Source of the DNA: Obrimoposthia wandeli
Lineage: Eukaryota
Length of the DNA: 64,000 nt
NCBI GenBank assembly: GCA_977020255.1
Contig: CDROCS010000506.1
Span: forward strand, 1,426,001-1,490,000
Direction of reading: 5' to 3'
Part shown: positions 30,193-43,643 of the stretch, piece after piece
How the letters are laid out: every line of letters begins with the position of its first letter
Position numbering within the stretch: position 1 is the first letter of the stretch
Made by a program: the position numbers and the translations under genes
Notes under the pieces: generated by a model
Seen by the model: only the letters and a program-made list of their open reading frames with translations
What the model was told of the DNA's origin: nothing
Database searches by the model: none

Positions 30193-31662
30193 CTAGCGGG
30201 TGATATGCCAATACCAACCGTCCTGCGCCTCATAGCCCTTACATACCCAAAGTCCAACCGCGCAAACTAATGAATCACCGTAATAAACTAACGGAATACG
30301 ATCACGTAACCAAGGAGCTATCAGATATTCTTGATATAACTTCTTAAGGCTGCGTGAACAATTACGTCCGACGGGATGACATTTACCCTCTCCGCGGAAA
30401 CGAATTGTTACTATTTCACCGTCTAATGGCGCTCTTACACAAGTAGGAAATGGCAATGTGTTTTCTGCAGTGCTTTGTAAGCGATTTTTCAAGGTCTTAT
30501 CTAAGGTGCTGTCTAAGCTGCTTTCTAAAGCACTTCCTAAAGCACTCTGTAAATACAGGTAACCGATATTATCCGGTAACGTTATACATTGAGCCTGCGT
30601 ATCCTCAAGCGTTATAACAACATCTTTTAACACCGCATACTTCTGCTGATTATAAAGCACACCTTGATAACGGCGAAACTCCCCCGCCTGCCAACTTAAC
30701 TGTGGATTAGCATCATCAGCGGCATTCACCACTTCTTGCCATAACTTATCTAAATGATGGCGACTTGGCATCGGTAACTGCTGCTGACTCAGCCAAAAAC
30801 GAATGACATTGTTGCGGCGTATTTTCGATAACAGTGCTAATTCGGAGATCTTTAATCCACTAAAAGCACATGCACAAGTAACCAAATCCATTTCTGCAAT
30901 TTCATCAGCTAATGCTTGCTGCTCAGCGCAGAGCTCAGCACTACGATGGACTGTATGCGCAATGTTTGGCCAGCGCTGTTTTAAGCTGGGGATTATTTGA
31001 TGACGTAAGAAATTACGGTCATAACTGGCGTCGTTATTACTCTCATCCTCAACCCAGGTTAGATTAGCTTGCCTAGCATAATCTACCAGCGCTTGTTGCG
31101 GCTGAGTCAGTAAAGGCCGAACTATTTGACAACCGGCTTGTAATGTAAAAGGCATATTGGCAGCCATCGCAGATAAACCCTTTACACCTGCCCCACGCTT
31201 CAACTGTAACAAGAAGGTTTCCAGTTGATCATCGAGATGCTGACCTAATAATAACAGTGACTCAGCTGTAAGGTGCTTAGCAATCGCTTGATAACGGGCA
31301 CTACGCGCTTTGGCTTCTAAACTTTCACGACTACCAACATTAAGTATTACTTTTTCAGCCACAAAGTTAATACCTAAGGCTGCAGCGGTTACTTGGCAAT
31401 GCGTTAACCAAGCATCAGCGTTAGCACTTAAACCGTGGTGGACATGAACGGCAAGATAGTCGTGCTGCGGGTATAATTCTTTATAGCGACTCAGTAAATG
31501 CAATAACACATGTGAATCTAACCCACCACTGTAGGCAAGTACTATTTGCATAGGCACTGCTTGCGACATAGCAGTAGTCTGTATTTTAGCGATCGTTAAC
31601 GGCTGTAACGCATGCTGGAATGTTGAGAATAGATCGACGTTAGTAGCCACAATTACCATCAC
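30193..31662 (-). CDS. tilS: tRNA(Ile)-lysidine synthetase
   Basis: AYSGGLDS, HVHHGL, EAKARSARY, GQHLDDQLET, DRNFLR; start codon uncertain. Confidence 0.95.
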   Translation of the reverse strand: MMVIVATNVDLFSTFQHALQPLTIAKIQTTAMSQAVPMQIVLAYSGGLDSHVLLHLLSRYKELYPQHDYLAVHVHHGLSANADAWLTHCQVTAAALGINFVAEKVILNVGSRESLEAKARSARYQAIAKHLTAESLLLLGQHLDDQLETFLLQLKRGAGVKGLSAMAANMPFTLQAGCQIVRPLLTQPQQALVDYARQANLTWVEDESNNDASYDRNFLRHQIIPSLKQRWPNIAHTVHRSAELCAEQQALADEIAEMDLVTCACAFSGLKISELALLSKIRRNNVIRFWLSQQQLPMPSRHHLDKLWQEVVNAADDANPQLSWQAGEFRRYQGVLYNQQKYAVLKDVVITLEDTQAQCITLPDNIGYLYLQSALGSALESSLDSTLDKTLKNRLQSTAENTLPFPTCVRAPLDGEIVTIRFRGEGKCHPVGRNCSRSLKKLYQEYLIAPWLRDRIPLVYYGDSLVCAVGLWVCKGYEAQDGWYWHITR

Positions 31663-31713
31663 AATTTAAAATAGAATAGACGCCAACAGTATATACCGAA
31701 AAATTGCAGATAT

Positions 31714-31745
31714 AAAAAAACCGCTAATAAAGCTATCAGCGGTTT
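31714..31745 (-). terminator. Intrinsic terminator after accA
   Basis: Minus strand AAACCGCTGATAGCTTTATTAGCGGTTTTTTT. Confidence 0.75.
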
Positions 31746-31799
31746 AAGTATTTTATCTATATCACTTAAGAGCGTGATATCAGAAAGTGCGACAAGGAC

Positions 31800-32750
31800 T
31801 TACATGCCAAATGACATTAAGCGCTCATAACGTTGTTCTAATAACGTTTCAGACTCAAGTGGCGCAAGCTCTGCAAGATCGGCTTTAATACGTTCTTTCA
31901 AGTTAGCAGCCATTAGCGGTACATCACGATGTGCACCACCGAGTGGTTCTGTGATAACCGTATTAATTAAATCTAGGCTCTTAAGTCGCTGAGCAGTAAT
32001 ACCCATCGCTTCGGCAGCTAAAGGCGCTTTATCTGCTGACTTCCATAAGATTGATGCACAACCTTCTGGAGAGATCACCGAGTAAGTGCTGTATTGCAGC
32101 ATGTTAACGCGATCACCAACACCAATCGCTAATGCACCACCAGAACCACCTTCACCAATCACAGTACAAATAACCGGTACTGTTAGCTCAGCCATTTCTT
32201 TCAAGTTACGTGCAATCGCTTCACTTTGGCCACGTTCTTCAGCGCCAACACCTGGGTATGCACCCGGAGTATCAATGAAGGTAATGATAGGCATGTTGAA
32301 TTTCTCAGCCATTTTCATTAAACGTAAGGCTTTACGGTAACCTTCTGGACGCGGCATACCAAAGTTACGCTTTAGCTTTTCAGTCGTATCGCGGCCTTTT
32401 TGCTGACCAATAATCATTACCGGCATACCGTCTAAACGCGCAGTACCACCAACAATGGCTTTATCATCAGCATACGCACGATCACCAGCAAGTTCATCAA
32501 AATCAGTGAATACATGTTCAACATAATCCAGTGTATAAGGACGTTGAGGATGACGAGCCATTTTAGCTACATCCCAAGGTTTCATATCACTGAATATTTT
32601 CTTGGTTAATTCTGCATTCTTTTTTTCTAAACGTGATATTTCATCTTGTAGATCAACATCATCAGAGTTTTCAGATACAAGTTTTAATTCGTCGATTTGA
32701 GCCTGTAATTCTGCAATAGGCTGTTCAAAATCTAAAAAATTTAAGGCCAT
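31800..32750 (-). CDS. accA: Acetyl-CoA carboxylase carboxyltransferase alpha subunit
   Basis: [36 protein letters not shown]. Confidence 0.98.
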   Translation of the reverse strand: MALNFLDFEQPIAELQAQIDELKLVSENSDDVDLQDEISRLEKKNAELTKKIFSDMKPWDVAKMARHPQRPYTLDYVEHVFTDFDELAGDRAYADDKAIVGGTARLDGMPVMIIGQQKGRDTTEKLKRNFGMPRPEGYRKALRLMKMAEKFNMPIITFIDTPGAYPGVGAEERGQSEAIARNLKEMAELTVPVICTVIGEGGSGGALAIGVGDRVNMLQYSTYSVISPEGCASILWKSADKAPLAAEAMGITAQRLKSLDLINTVITEPLGGAHRDVPLMAANLKERIKADLAELAPLESETLLEQRYERLMSFGM

Positions 32751-32816
32751 GAGGCACTGCTTCCTTATCTAATATTATTGCTAATAGCTACTGACGAGCG
32801 TTTATTCACGTCAGTA

Positions 32817-35800
32817 CTAATCAAATTCAAGATCAACATTTCCCGACCCTAACATCAGCTCTAATCCGTAGATGAGCTCATCGGTGGGTGATACTCGCCA
32901 TTCAACACCTAAGGTCATTTTCGCCTTAGCGTCGGCGCGTTGATAACATATATTTATGGGACAAGTACCTGCACGATAAGGTTCAAGTGTTTCCATAAAC
33001 TTACCCATAAACGCATCATTTATTTTGTCTGCATTTAACTGTAGTGTGAGACCTCGCGCATAACGCTCACGCGCGGCTTCAATATCCATAACTTCTCTGG
33101 CGGTCATCTTATACCCGCCATTGAAATCGTCAAAGCTGACCTCTCCAGTAATCACTAAAATGCGATCTTTGGCTATATATTCCTCATAACGTTCAAACGC
33201 TTCTGAGAAGAACATCACACTTAGGCGGCCACTCTTATCATCAATTTCTAAAATACCCATGCGGGTACCTTTTTTGGTCACTTTCACTTGTGCAGAAATA
33301 ACCAAGCCAACCGCCGTCACAACTTTACCCCGTTCGGTCGGTTTCACGTCTTTCAAGCGGTTACTCGAATAACGCTTAACTTCTTTAATATACTGATTAA
33401 TCGGATGACCAGTAAGGTAAAGACCTAGCGTTTCACGCTCCCCTTCTAACCATACTTTATCAGGCCATTCAGGTACATCGGCAAACTTACTTTCTATTTC
33501 TTCTGGTTCGGTGGTTAAAATACCAAACAGATCGCTTTGACCATGAGCTTCGGCCATTGCATGTTGCGCAGCCGCTTTCATTGCTTCCGGTAAGGTAGCA
33601 TGTAAAGCTGCGCGATGAGGACCTAATTTATCTAATGCTCCAGCGTAAATCAGCTTTTCCATGATACGTTTGTTGATCTTTTTCAAATCAACACGATTAC
33701 AAAAATCAAATAAATCAGTGAACTCGCCACCACTTTCACGCGCAGCAATAATCGCGTCAATCGGGCCTTCACCCACGCCTTTAATCGCACCTATACCATA
33801 AATAATGGTTAGGTCTTCATCAACGTTAAATTTAAACAGACCTTTGTTCACATCAGGCGGTAAAATTTTCAGCCCCATGCGTTCAACTTCATCAACCAGC
33901 GTCACGACTTTTTCAGTATTGTCCATATCCGCAGACATTACCGCCGCGATGAAATAAGACGGATAATGCGTCTTCATCCACAGCGTTTGATACGATACCA
34001 GTGCATAAGCCGCGGAATGCGATTTATTGAAACCGTAACCAGCGAATTTCTCTACCAGATCGAAGATCTTCATCGACAGATCACCGTCGACACCGTTATT
34101 TATCGCACCTTCTTTGAAAGTACCACGCTGTTTTTCCATCTCTTCTGGTTTTTTCTTACCCATAGCACGACGTAACATGTCGGCGCCACCTAGGGTATAA
34201 CCAGATAAGACTTGGGCAATCTGCATTACTTGTTCTTGATACAAGATAATACCGTAAGTCGGATCGAGAATTTCCTTCAACGATTCATGTTGATACTGAG
34301 CATCAGGGTAAGATACTTCTTCACGACCGTGCTTACGGTCAATAAAGTTATCTACCATGCCTGATTGCAGTGGACCAGGACGGAACAAGGCCACCAGTGC
34401 AATCATGTCTTCAAAGCTATCTGGTTTTAAACGACGGATCAGATCTTTCATACCACGAGATTCAAGCTGGAATACCGCGGTCGTTTCTGAACGTTGTAAT
34501 AAATCAAAACATCTCTGGTCGGTAATATCGATCGACTCAATACGAATCGCTTCTTTACCTTGTTTGATGAGATGCGGGTTCGCCATATCCAGCGCCCACT
34601 GAATAATGGTTAAGGTACGTAGACCCAAGAAATCGAATTTAACCAATCCGGCTTCTTCCACGTCGTTCTTATCAAACTGAGTGACCGGGTTACTACCTAC
34701 ATCATCACAATACAGTGGTGAAAAGTCGGTGATCAAGGTAGGTGAAATTACTACACCACCGGCATGTTTACCGGCGTTACGTATAACACCTTCAAGAATA
34801 CGTGCCATATCAACCAGTGCACGTACTTCTTCATCGCCCTGGTACAACTCATCCAAGCGTGGTTCAATTTCCCATGCTTTGGTTAAGTTCATCCCCGGAT
34901 CGGCCGGAATAAGCTTAGAGATACGATCAACAAAACCAAACGGATGCCCAAGCACACGTCCTACATCGCGAATTACCGCTTTTGCCGCCATGGTACCAAA
35001 AGTAATGATCTGACTTACCGCATCACGACCATACAATTCAGCAACGTGATCGATTACTTCATCACGACGATCCATACAGAAATCGACATCGAAATCGGGC
35101 ATAGAGACACGTTCTGGATTCAAGAAACGCTCGAACAGTAATTCATATTCAATCGGATCAAGATCGGTAATTTTAAGCGCGTAAGCCACTAATGAACCAG
35201 CGCCGGACCCGCGACCAGGGCCAACCGGAATATTGTTATCCTTACTCCACTGGATGAACTCCATTACGATCAAGAAGTAACCTGGGAATCCCATGTTGTT
35301 AATTACTTTCAGTTCGATGTCTAGACGTTCTTCATAACCCGGACGCTGACGTTCACGCTCAGCAGGATCTGGAAACAGGAAATCTAAACGTTCAACCAAA
35401 CCATCTTCAGATACTTTAACTAAAAAGTCTTCGGTAGAAAGCTCACCCGTTGGGAAGTTAGGTAAGAAGTATTCACCTAAACGTACTGTGGCATTACAGC
35501 GTTTAGCAATTTCAACCGAGTTAGCTAACGCTTCCGGGATATCGGCAAATAACGCACACATTTCATCTTCGCTGCGTAAGTATTGTTGTTTGCTGTACAA
35601 CCTAGGACGACGTTTATCTTCTAACGTATAACCATCATGGATCGATACTCGGACCTCATGGGCATCAAATTCGTCTTCATTCAAGAACACCACGTCATTG
35701 GTCGCAACAACAGGCAGTTGATGCTGGTTTGCGAACTCAACAGCCATGTGTAAATAAGCTTCTTCATCCTGACGGCCAGTACGAACAAGTTCAAGATAAT

Positions 35801-36296
35801 AATTATCAGGAAAATAGGTTTGGTAAAATTGTAAACATTGCTGTGCAACCTCACTATTACCTTTTAATAAGGCTTTACCAACATCGCCGTTACGCGCGCC
35901 TGATAATAAGATAACACCTTCGGCATGCTCTGCTAACCAGGCTTTATCTATAATGGCACGACCATCAACATGACCACGGCTATACGCTTTCGAGATCAAC
36001 ACCGTGATGTTGTTATAACCTTTATTATCTTTAGCCAGCGCCGTGATCTTAAATTGCTCTTCGGGGTACTCTTCACTTTGCACCCAAAAATCAGCGCCAA
36101 TAATAGGCTTAACACCAGCGCGTTCCATCGCACCATAAAACTTAACCAATGCACACATATTGGTTTGATCGGTTAACGCGACCGCAGGCATATTGAGTTC
36201 TTGTAAACGGGGAGCAAGACGTTTAATACGTACTAAGCTGTCCACCATTGAGAATTCAGAGTGTAAATGCAGGTGAATAAAACGAGGTTCTGCCAT
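32817..36296 (-). CDS. dnaE: DNA polymerase III alpha subunit
   Basis: PHP domain [43 protein letters not shown]; 1159 aa. Confidence 0.98.
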   Translation of the reverse strand: MAEPRFIHLHLHSEFSMVDSLVRIKRLAPRLQELNMPAVALTDQTNMCALVKFYGAMERAGVKPIIGADFWVQSEEYPEEQFKITALAKDNKGYNNITVLISKAYSRGHVDGRAIIDKAWLAEHAEGVILLSGARNGDVGKALLKGNSEVAQQCLQFYQTYFPDNYYLELVRTGRQDEEAYLHMAVEFANQHQLPVVATNDVVFLNEDEFDAHEVRVSIHDGYTLEDKRRPRLYSKQQYLRSEDEMCALFADIPEALANSVEIAKRCNATVRLGEYFLPNFPTGELSTEDFLVKVSEDGLVERLDFLFPDPAERERQRPGYEERLDIELKVINNMGFPGYFLIVMEFIQWSKDNNIPVGPGRGSGAGSLVAYALKITDLDPIEYELLFERFLNPERVSMPDFDVDFCMDRRDEVIDHVAELYGRDAVSQIITFGTMAAKAVIRDVGRVLGHPFGFVDRISKLIPADPGMNLTKAWEIEPRLDELYQGDEEVRALVDMARILEGVIRNAGKHAGGVVISPTLITDFSPLYCDDVGSNPVTQFDKNDVEEAGLVKFDFLGLRTLTIIQWALDMANPHLIKQGKEAIRIESIDITDQRCFDLLQRSETTAVFQLESRGMKDLIRRLKPDSFEDMIALVALFRPGPLQSGMVDNFIDRKHGREEVSYPDAQYQHESLKEILDPTYGIILYQEQVMQIAQVLSGYTLGGADMLRRAMGKKKPEEMEKQRGTFKEGAINNGVDGDLSMKIFDLVEKFAGYGFNKSHSAAYALVSYQTLWMKTHYPSYFIAAVMSADMDNTEKVVTLVDEVERMGLKILPPDVNKGLFKFNVDEDLTIIYGIGAIKGVGEGPIDAIIAARESGGEFTDLFDFCNRVDLKKINKRIMEKLIYAGALDKLGPHRAALHATLPEAMKAAAQHAMAEAHGQSDLFGILTTEPEEIESKFADVPEWPDKVWLEGERETLGLYLTGHPINQYIKEVKRYSSNRLKDVKPTERGKVVTAVGLVISAQVKVTKKGTRMGILEIDDKSGRLSVMFFSEAFERYEEYIAKDRILVITGEVSFDDFNGGYKMTAREVMDIEAARERYARGLTLQLNADKINDAFMGKFMETLEPYRAGTCPINICYQRADAKAKMTLGVEWRVSPTDELIYGLELMLGSGNVDLEFD

Positions 36297-36375
36297 AAAT
36301 AAAACTTTCTGCTAATTGAGAGTAGATAAAATAAACGAGAAACAATAACGATCAAGTGGCCGCGGCCACCTCATC

Positions 36376-36975
36376 TTATTTCAATAAACCTAACGCGCGT
36401 TGCACAGGTTTAAAACTTTTACGGTATTCTTCTGTCGGTCCAAGCTCGGCTAACTTTTCCATATGCGCCTTGGTTGGATAACCTTTGTGTTGTGCAAAAC
36501 CATATTCAGGAAAACGTTTATCCAGTTCTTCCATCTCGGCATCGCGAACTACTTTTGCTAAGATCGACGCAGCACTTATCTCGGCTACGCGTAAATCACC
36601 TTTAACAATCGCTTCGGCGGACATAGGTAATGCAGGGCAACGATTACCATCAATAAATACATGCTCAGGTTGTATTGGCAGTCCAGCAACAGCGCGTTGC
36701 ATAGCAAGCATCGTCGCTTGTAAGATATTCAGCTCATCAATTTCGCTTGGGCTACAACGACCAATACTCCAGGCTAATGCTTTCTCTTTAATTTCCGGAA
36801 ACAATAGTTGGCGTTTTTTCTCACTTAATTTTTTTGAATCCGTTAAGCCTATAATAGGATTGTTTGGATCTAATATCACTGCGGCGGTGACCACATCACC
36901 AACTAATGGACCACGTCCAACTTCGTCAACACCAGCAACAAGTTTCCCTTCTGGGTAAATTATTTCATCATACAT
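36376..36975 (-). CDS. rnhB: Ribonuclease HII
   Basis: [33 protein letters not shown]. Confidence 0.97.
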   Translation of the reverse strand: MYDEIIYPEGKLVAGVDEVGRGPLVGDVVTAAVILDPNNPIIGLTDSKKLSEKKRQLLFPEIKEKALAWSIGRCSPSEIDELNILQATMLAMQRAVAGLPIQPEHVFIDGNRCPALPMSAEAIVKGDLRVAEISAASILAKVVRDAEMEELDKRFPEYGFAQHKGYPTKAHMEKLAELGPTEEYRKSFKPVQRALGLLK

Positions 36976-36990
36976 TTTTAGTTACCTGCT

Positions 36991-38163
36991 CTATTTCTGC
37001 TCTATTGCTGGGATATTATTGTCATTAATTAATTCAAGTACTGCATCTGCAGCTTGTTTGTCAGCATTACAACGAATTTGCTTATGCAGCTCAGTAAAAT
37101 GTTCGAGTAACTCTGCGTTGTCTGTCGTTAACAGCTTAGCCATTTCTTCAGCCAAAATATCTGGTTGGCAGTCGTCTTGTAACCGCTCTGCGACAATTTC
37201 TTTTTTCGCTAATAAGTTCGGTAATGATACAAATGGCGCTTTCATCAAGCGTAGCATGATCTTATAGGTTAGCGGTTTAACGCGATAACCTACCACCATA
37301 GCACGTTTCATCAGCATGGTTTCCAGTGCAGCGGTACCAGATGCTAATAATACCGCATCAGCAACAGCCATCGCTTCACGCGCATGACCATCTAAAATAA
37401 TCACATCAAGATCAGGGGCAACTTCTTGCTTAATGGCGAGAAACTGTGCTTTACGTTCTTCATTGACCATAGGGATAACAAACTGTAAATCACTAAAGCG
37501 CTGTTTTAATAAAATAGCGGTCTCTAAAAAGCTTGCCGACAATAATCCCACTTCACCAGCACGACTACCAGGTAAGATAGCGACATAACGTTGTTTAGGA
37601 TCGAGTTTAAGTTCGCTAATAGCGGCTTGTTTATCCGCACCAGCTAATGGAATAGCGTCAGCCATGGTATGGCCAATAAAGCGACAAGGTACATCATATT
37701 CATCATAGAAAGCTTTTTCAAACGGTAGAAAGGCTAATACCATATCTACAGCTTTTTTAATTTTGAAAACACGCTTTTGACGCCATGCCCAAACTGAAGG
37801 GCTAACATAATGTACAGTTTTGATACCGTCTGCTTTAAGCTTTAATTCAATGGGAATATTAAAATCAGGCGCATCAACACCAATAAAGATATCCGGTGGA
37901 TTTTGCTTGAAATGGGCAAGGACTTCTCGTTTTACTTTAAACAGTCTTGGTAATCGACCCAGTACTTCTACTAGACCAAATACAGATAGCTCTTCCATTT
38001 CAAACAAAGTATTAAAACCAAGCGCTTGCATGCGTGGTCCAGCAATACCTTCGAAAATGGCATCAGGGTGACGGGATTGAATTTCTTTGATCAGGGCGGC
38101 AGCTAAAATATCGCCGGAGACTTCCCCGGCGATAATACCAATACGTAATGGTTTCGTTGTCAT
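36991..38163 (-). CDS. lpxB: Lipid-A-disaccharide synthase
   Basis: [35 protein letters not shown]. Confidence 0.97.
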   Translation of the reverse strand: MTTKPLRIGIIAGEVSGDILAAALIKEIQSRHPDAIFEGIAGPRMQALGFNTLFEMEELSVFGLVEVLGRLPRLFKVKREVLAHFKQNPPDIFIGVDAPDFNIPIELKLKADGIKTVHYVSPSVWAWRQKRVFKIKKAVDMVLAFLPFEKAFYDEYDVPCRFIGHTMADAIPLAGADKQAAISELKLDPKQRYVAILPGSRAGEVGLLSASFLETAILLKQRFSDLQFVIPMVNEERKAQFLAIKQEVAPDLDVIILDGHAREAMAVADAVLLASGTAALETMLMKRAMVVGYRVKPLTYKIMLRLMKAPFVSLPNLLAKKEIVAERLQDDCQPDILAEEMAKLLTTDNAELLEHFTELHKQIRCNADKQAADAVLELINDNNIPAIEQK

Positions 38164-38188
38164 TGTAAGCTATCTATAAAGAATACGA

Positions 38189-38959
38189 TTAACGAATAAT
38201 ACCACGTTCATTGGTTTTTAAGAATTCTGTAAACAAAGCAACGCTTGGTTGTTCATTTGCACTTTCAGCTAATGCCGCTAATGCTTCTGTTACTGTGTTA
38301 CCTTGACGGAACACGATACGGTAAGCACGCTTAACAGCTTTAATCGCTTCAGCATCGAATCCACGGCGCTTAAGACCTTCAGAGTTGATACCAAACGGCT
38401 TAGCGTGATGACCAGATGCCATAACATAAGGCGGGATATCTTTAATAATAACCGAACCGCCGGCAACGAAGGCATGAGAACCAACTTTACCAAACTGGTG
38501 AATAGCCGCGTGGCCACCAAAGATAACGTAATCACCAATATGTACATGACCCGCTAAGGTCGCGTTATTAGCAAAAATACAGTTATCACCGATCATAACA
38601 TCGTGTGCAACGTGAGCATTTACCATGAATAAGCTATTGCTACCAATTTTGGTTAAACCTTGGTCTTGAACTGTGCCACGGTGGATAGTTACGCCTTCAC
38701 GAAAGACATTATTATCTCCGATCTCAAGACGGGTATTTTCACCCGCATATTTTAGATCTTGGCACTCTTCACCAATTGAACCAAATTGGAAAAAGCGATT
38801 ACCTTTACCAATCTTACATGGACCATTAATAACAACATGAGAAGCAATAACACAATCATCGCCAATCTCGACGTTTTCACCAACGATAGTCCAAGGACCA
38901 ATTTTTACATTATTACCAATTTTTGCGCTTTCATGCACAATAGCTGTTTCATGGATCAC
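38189..38959 (-). CDS. lpxA: UDP-GlcNAc acyltransferase
   Basis: Hexapeptide repeats, QDLKY, TIHRGT, HVAHD, RGIIR. Confidence 0.97.
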   Translation of the reverse strand: MIHETAIVHESAKIGNNVKIGPWTIVGENVEIGDDCVIASHVVINGPCKIGKGNRFFQFGSIGEECQDLKYAGENTRLEIGDNNVFREGVTIHRGTVQDQGLTKIGSNSLFMVNAHVAHDVMIGDNCIFANNATLAGHVHIGDYVIFGGHAAIHQFGKVGSHAFVAGGSVIIKDIPPYVMASGHHAKPFGINSEGLKRRGFDAEAIKAVKRAYRIVFRQGNTVTEALAALAESANEQPSVALFTEFLKTNERGIIR

Positions 38960-39414
38960 TAGTTAGCCTCTCGTTTCGCGCACATGATCTCAGCATCGCA
39001 AACAACTTTACCATCAACTTTTGCAATAGCAGTAAAAAAGCCAATACCACGGCGTTCTTTAATTAATTCAATATGTAAGTGTAAAACATCACCAGGTACA
39101 ACAGGTTTACGGAAACGCGCCTTGTCGATACCGGCAAAATAATACAGTTCATTGTCTGCTGGACCGCCATCAGACTTATAACCTAACAAACCAGATGCTT
39201 GCGCTAACGCTTCTAAAATCAATACACCAGGGAAAATTGGGTTCGTTGGGAAATGGCCTGTAAATTGTGGCTCATTCACCGATACATTTTTAACTGCATG
39301 AATCGATTGTCCCGGTACATAATCTAATACACGATCAACCAGTAAAAACGGGTAACGATGTGGTAAAAGAGTCATGATTTCTTGTATTTCGATGGTGTTT
39401 TTTTGTTCGCTCAA
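38959..39414 (-). CDS. fabZ: 3-hydroxyacyl-ACP dehydratase
   Basis: [29 protein letters not shown]. Confidence 0.97.
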   Translation of the reverse strand: MSEQKNTIEIQEIMTLLPHRYPFLLVDRVLDYVPGQSIHAVKNVSVNEPQFTGHFPTNPIFPGVLILEALAQASGLLGYKSDGGPADNELYYFAGIDKARFRKPVVPGDVLHLHIELIKERRGIGFFTAIAKVDGKVVCDAEIMCAKREAN

Positions 39415-39457
39415 AATTTTAATTCCTGTCGCAACGAAAGCGTTATAGCGCTTAGGT

Positions 39458-40468
39458 TTAGCTTAATTTTTCTAGTTTAGATAAGCGTTTATGCATATCA
39501 TCAATTTTCATTACACGGGCCGTTTGACGACGCCATTCACGATTAGTTTGTGCCGGAATACCAGATGAATACAGACCCGCTTTATCAATTGGGCGCATTA
39601 CCATCGACATACCTGTGATATTAACGTTATCGGTTATTTCCATATGACCATTGATAACACTACCACCACCAATCATGCATTGTTTACCTAGTTTTAAGCT
39701 TCCTGCTAACAGAGTACCGCCAGAGATAGCGGTGTTTTCACCAATTTCTACATTATGGCCAACTTGACACTGATTATCTAAAATCACGCCGTCGCTAATA
39801 ATGGTATTATCTAACGCACCACGATCAATCGTTGTACATGCGCCGATCTCAACACGGTCGCCAATAATCACACGACCAAGTTGTGGGATCTTGATCCATT
39901 TACCGCCATCATTTGCATAACCAAAGCCATCAGCGCCGATTACAGCACCACTTTGGATCAAACAATCACTGCCAATGGCAATATTGTGGTAGATAGTAAC
40001 ATTTGCCCACAATTTAGTGCTCTGACCAATGATGGTATCTTTACCAACAAAACAACCAGCACCGATAATGACATTATCCGCTAACGTCACACCTGTTTCG
40101 ATAACAGCATTAGCACCAATGGCCACATTGTCACCTAATACTACATCGTCTGCAATTACAGCACTTGGTGCAATATCAGTCGCAGGTGCAGGTGTAGTAT
40201 CAAGTAGCTGTGCGACTAATGCAAAACCAACATATGGATTTTTCATCACTAATGCATTGGTATTACACGCGGCAAGATCATCCGGTTTAACAATGACAGC
40301 AGAGGCTGCAACAGTAGCGAGTTGATCGCTGTATTTGCTATCACTTAAAAAAGTAATACTACCCGGCTGTGCATTTTGCATCGAATTAATAGTACTAATC
40401 TCGATACTGCCATCGCCGTGTAGCTCAGCTTGAATTGCCGTTGCTATTTGTTGTAACGTCATTGCCAT
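39458..40468 (-). CDS. lpxD: UDP-3-O-acyl-glucosamine N-acyltransferase
   Basis: [30 protein letters not shown]. Confidence 0.97.
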   Translation of the reverse strand: MAMTLQQIATAIQAELHGDGSIEISTINSMQNAQPGSITFLSDSKYSDQLATVAASAVIVKPDDLAACNTNALVMKNPYVGFALVAQLLDTTPAPATDIAPSAVIADDVVLGDNVAIGANAVIETGVTLADNVIIGAGCFVGKDTIIGQSTKLWANVTIYHNIAIGSDCLIQSGAVIGADGFGYANDGGKWIKIPQLGRVIIGDRVEIGACTTIDRGALDNTIISDGVILDNQCQVGHNVEIGENTAISGGTLLAGSLKLGKQCMIGGGSVINGHMEITDNVNITGMSMVMRPIDKAGLYSSGIPAQTNREWRRQTARVMKIDDMHKRLSKLEKLS

Positions 40469-40584
40469 GTTAAACCTTTCTATCTATAAATAATTTTATA
40501 TTATTTTACTACAATTCTTATAATGTAAAATATAGTTACTGACTTAAAATTACAAAATATAGTAACTTAAAGTTATGAATACTA

Positions 40585-41082
40585 TTATTTGCTTAATTCT
40601 TGAATAACTTTATCTGAAATATCTAATTTCGGGTCAACAAATAAAGCCGCTTGTTTAGTCAATACTAACTCATAGCCATCACGCTTAGACACAGTTTCGA
40701 TTGCTTGCTGTAATAAAACTAACAGTTTGTTATTTTCTTCTTGGCCACGGCGCTGCTGATCTTCTTTAAATGCTTTGCCTTTTAATTTTAGCTGCGCATC
40801 TAATTCTTCTAGTTTACGCACCAGTTTAGTTTGCTCTTGTGGTGTCATTAACGCGGCATCACGCTGACGTTTTTCGTTTAATGCAACTAACTCTGTTTGT
40901 AATTTATTGAGTTCAACAGCACGTATTTGGAATTCTTCATTCAAACGTTTACCTATCGCTTCACGCTGTGGTAATTGCTGTAATATTTTACCTGCGTCAA
41001 CAACAGCATAACCCGCTGCACTTGCTGTAAACGATGCGCCAAGCGCCAATGCTAATACGGTTGCTTTAATAATCTTTTTCAT
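40585..41082 (-). CDS. skp: Periplasmic chaperone Skp/OmpH
   Basis: Signal peptide, coiled-coil body, C-terminal DISDKVI; position between bamA and lpxD. Confidence 0.93.
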   Translation of the reverse strand: MKKIIKATVLALALGASFTASAAGYAVVDAGKILQQLPQREAIGKRLNEEFQIRAVELNKLQTELVALNEKRQRDAALMTPQEQTKLVRKLEELDAQLKLKGKAFKEDQQRRGQEENNKLLVLLQQAIETVSKRDGYELVLTKQAALFVDPKLDISDKVIQELSK

Positions 41083-41159
41083 GTTAATTCCTAATTAGAT
41101 TTAAACTTAAGGCGTACATTCTGATATTGAACGTACGCATTTATTCAATATGCTTTGGC

Positions 41160-43607
41160 TTAAAAAGTACTACCAATATTGAAGGTAAATACTTCTGTCT
41201 TGTCGCCTTCGTATTCTTTCAATGGCGTTGCTAGTGAGAATACTAACGGGCCCATTGGTGATAACCACTGTAAGCTAACACCTAACGAGGCACGTATACG
41301 CGCAGGATCTGAATAATCACCGAAGTATTCACAATTACTTAAACAACTTCCACTCGGGTAATCACTTGAATTAAATTCAGTATCCCATACAGAACCTGCA
41401 TCAACAAATACTGTTGTACGTACAAGGTTGGCGTACTCTTCGCTCAAAAATGGCGTAGGGAAGATCAATTCAACACTACCCGTCGCAAGCGCATTACCAC
41501 CGACAGATGAATCAGTCGCAACGTAGCCTTTATCACCTGGGTTACTTGGGCCAGAGGTACTTTGTATACCTTTTGGACTGATGGTATTACTGTTAAAACC
41601 ACGTACCGAGTAAAAACCACCGGCATAGTAATTTTCATAAAATGGCAAGATGTGATCATCGCCATTTGAGGTTTGACCATAACCATTACCGTAAGCAACA
41701 CGACCACGCATCAATACGGACCAACGATGATTACTTGATATTGGCACGTAGTACTTATTATCAAAACTCATTTTAAAATACTGCACATCAGAACCAGGGA
41801 CAGTCATAGTAAAGTTGGCTTTTTGTTCTGAGCCTGATGTCGCAAATACACCGCGGTTTAACGTACGGCGGCGCCAAGATGCAGAGACATCAAAACCTTG
41901 AAATACCACAAAGTTACCATCTTGGTCTACTTCATCTTTATAAATATCCCAGAAAATATCCGTTTGCGCATAAGAGGTCGTTTGCGAGATCTTATTCCAC
42001 TCATAACCTAAGCTAAAGCTCAGGGTATTATTTTCGTTAACCGGGAAGCCTAATGTACCCGACACACCGTAAGTACGGTTATTATAATCGACAATATCGG
42101 CTTCTGACGCTTCAAAATCAGTGAAATATACCTTACCACCAAAGCTCACACCATCAACCGTAAAATACGGGTCAGTATAATTTAAGCTGGCATTTTTTGA
42201 ATAATCATTGGTACTGACACTGATACCGGCTTTATTACCTGTACCAAAGAAATTATCCTGTTGAATACCTGCATTTAGACTCAAGCCCGATTCAGAGCCA
42301 TAACCGATACCGGCATTAAATGAACCAGCGGGTTGTTCTTTCACTTGTACATTAACTTCAACGACATCTGGTTCGCCCGGTACACGCACTGTAGTCGTGT
42401 TTACCGTTTCAAAAAAGCCAAGTTGATTAAGACGTGTTTTAGAACGGTCAATTAAACGATTAGATAACCAAGTACCTTCCATTTGACGCATTTCACGACG
42501 TAACACTTCATCTTTAGTGACATCATTACCAGCAAAGTTGATACGGCGAACATAGATACGTGGACCAGGTTCAACCGCAATCGTCAGATTAACGGTATGG
42601 TCTTCGTCATTGATCTCTGGATACGTTGATACTTTTGGATACGCATAACCAAAACGACTTAAATAACGACTAAGGCTTTCCTCTGTTGCCGTTACACTTG
42701 CACCACTGTAGAGCTCACCGGAGTTAAGCGCTAATAAACCACGTAACTCTTGTTCTTTATCTAACAGATCACCGGTTAATACAATATGGCCTAGTTTATA
42801 TTGTTCACCTTCATCCACTTTAAGGGTGATATATATCCCTTGTTTATCAGGTGTCATCGATACTTGTGTCGAATCGGTTTTAAAACGGATATAACCCTTA
42901 TCAACATAATAACTACGTAGTTTCTCTAAATCACCCGCCAGCATTTGTTTTTGATACTGCTGATCGGCCATAAAGTTCCACCATGGCGTATGATCACTGA
43001 GCTCAAATATATTCTTTAACTCTGCGGTTGAATAGACTGTATTACCTAAGATATTCAACTGCTTAATTTCAGCTGACTTACCTTCAACAAAACTAAATTT
43101 AATATCAATGCGATTACGTGGTAACGGCGTTATAATGGTATTTATTTTTGCACTATAACGACCTGCGCCATAATAGAATTCTTGTAAGCCCTGCTCTACC
43201 GAACGAATAATGGTTCGGTCGATAGGTTCGCCAACACGAATGCCCGATGAATTCAGACTTTCTTGTAATTGCTCTTCAGGTATTGCTTCATTACCAACAA
43301 ATTCAATGCTACTAATCGTCGGTAATTCCGTTACTTTAAAGACCAGTGTCGAACCATCACGGTACAACTCGATATCATCAAAGTTACCTGACTCGTACAG
43401 TTTTTTCACCGCTAAAGCAGTATCACTGCGACTGACGTTATCACCTTCTCGAAGGGGTATATTCAACAATGCCGCACCGAGCGTTACACGTTGTAGGCCT
43501 TCGACTTGAATATCGTCAACAATGAAGCTATTTGCAATTGCTGCAGTACTTGTAAGCAGGCAAGCACTTGAAAGAAGTGCCCCAGCTAAATATTTATTAA
43601 TTATCAT
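41160..43607 (-). CDS. bamA: Outer-membrane assembly factor BamA
   Basis: POTRA repeats, VRGF loop-6 motif, C-terminal FNIGSTF. ATG at 43607 preferred; ORF track starts at 43634. Confidence 0.97.
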   Translation of the reverse strand: MIINKYLAGALLSSACLLTSTAAIANSFIVDDIQVEGLQRVTLGAALLNIPLREGDNVSRSDTALAVKKLYESGNFDDIELYRDGSTLVFKVTELPTISSIEFVGNEAIPEEQLQESLNSSGIRVGEPIDRTIIRSVEQGLQEFYYGAGRYSAKINTIITPLPRNRIDIKFSFVEGKSAEIKQLNILGNTVYSTAELKNIFELSDHTPWWNFMADQQYQKQMLAGDLEKLRSYYVDKGYIRFKTDSTQVSMTPDKQGIYITLKVDEGEQYKLGHIVLTGDLLDKEQELRGLLALNSGELYSGASVTATEESLSRYLSRFGYAYPKVSTYPEINDEDHTVNLTIAVEPGPRIYVRRINFAGNDVTKDEVLRREMRQMEGTWLSNRLIDRSKTRLNQLGFFETVNTTTVRVPGEPDVVEVNVQVKEQPAGSFNAGIGYGSESGLSLNAGIQQDNFFGTGNKAGISVSTNDYSKNASLNYTDPYFTVDGVSFGGKVYFTDFEASEADIVDYNNRTYGVSGTLGFPVNENNTLSFSLGYEWNKISQTTSYAQTDIFWDIYKDEVDQDGNFVVFQGFDVSASWRRRTLNRGVFATSGSEQKANFTMTVPGSDVQYFKMSFDNKYYVPISSNHRWSVLMRGRVAYGNGYGQTSNGDDHILPFYENYYAGGFYSVRGFNSNTISPKGIQSTSGPSNPGDKGYVATDSSVGGNALATGSVELIFPTPFLSEEYANLVRTTVFVDAGSVWDTEFNSSDYPSGSCLSNCEYFGDYSDPARIRASLGVSLQWLSPMGPLVFSLATPLKEYEGDKTEVFTFNIGSTF

Positions 43608-43643
43608 TCTGAGTAAATAATCCCTAAAACGCAATTCAATGAC

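Noticed and set aside
32817-36296. Intein or insertion in dnaE
   Set aside because: 1159 aa matches the normal size, with no intein motifs.
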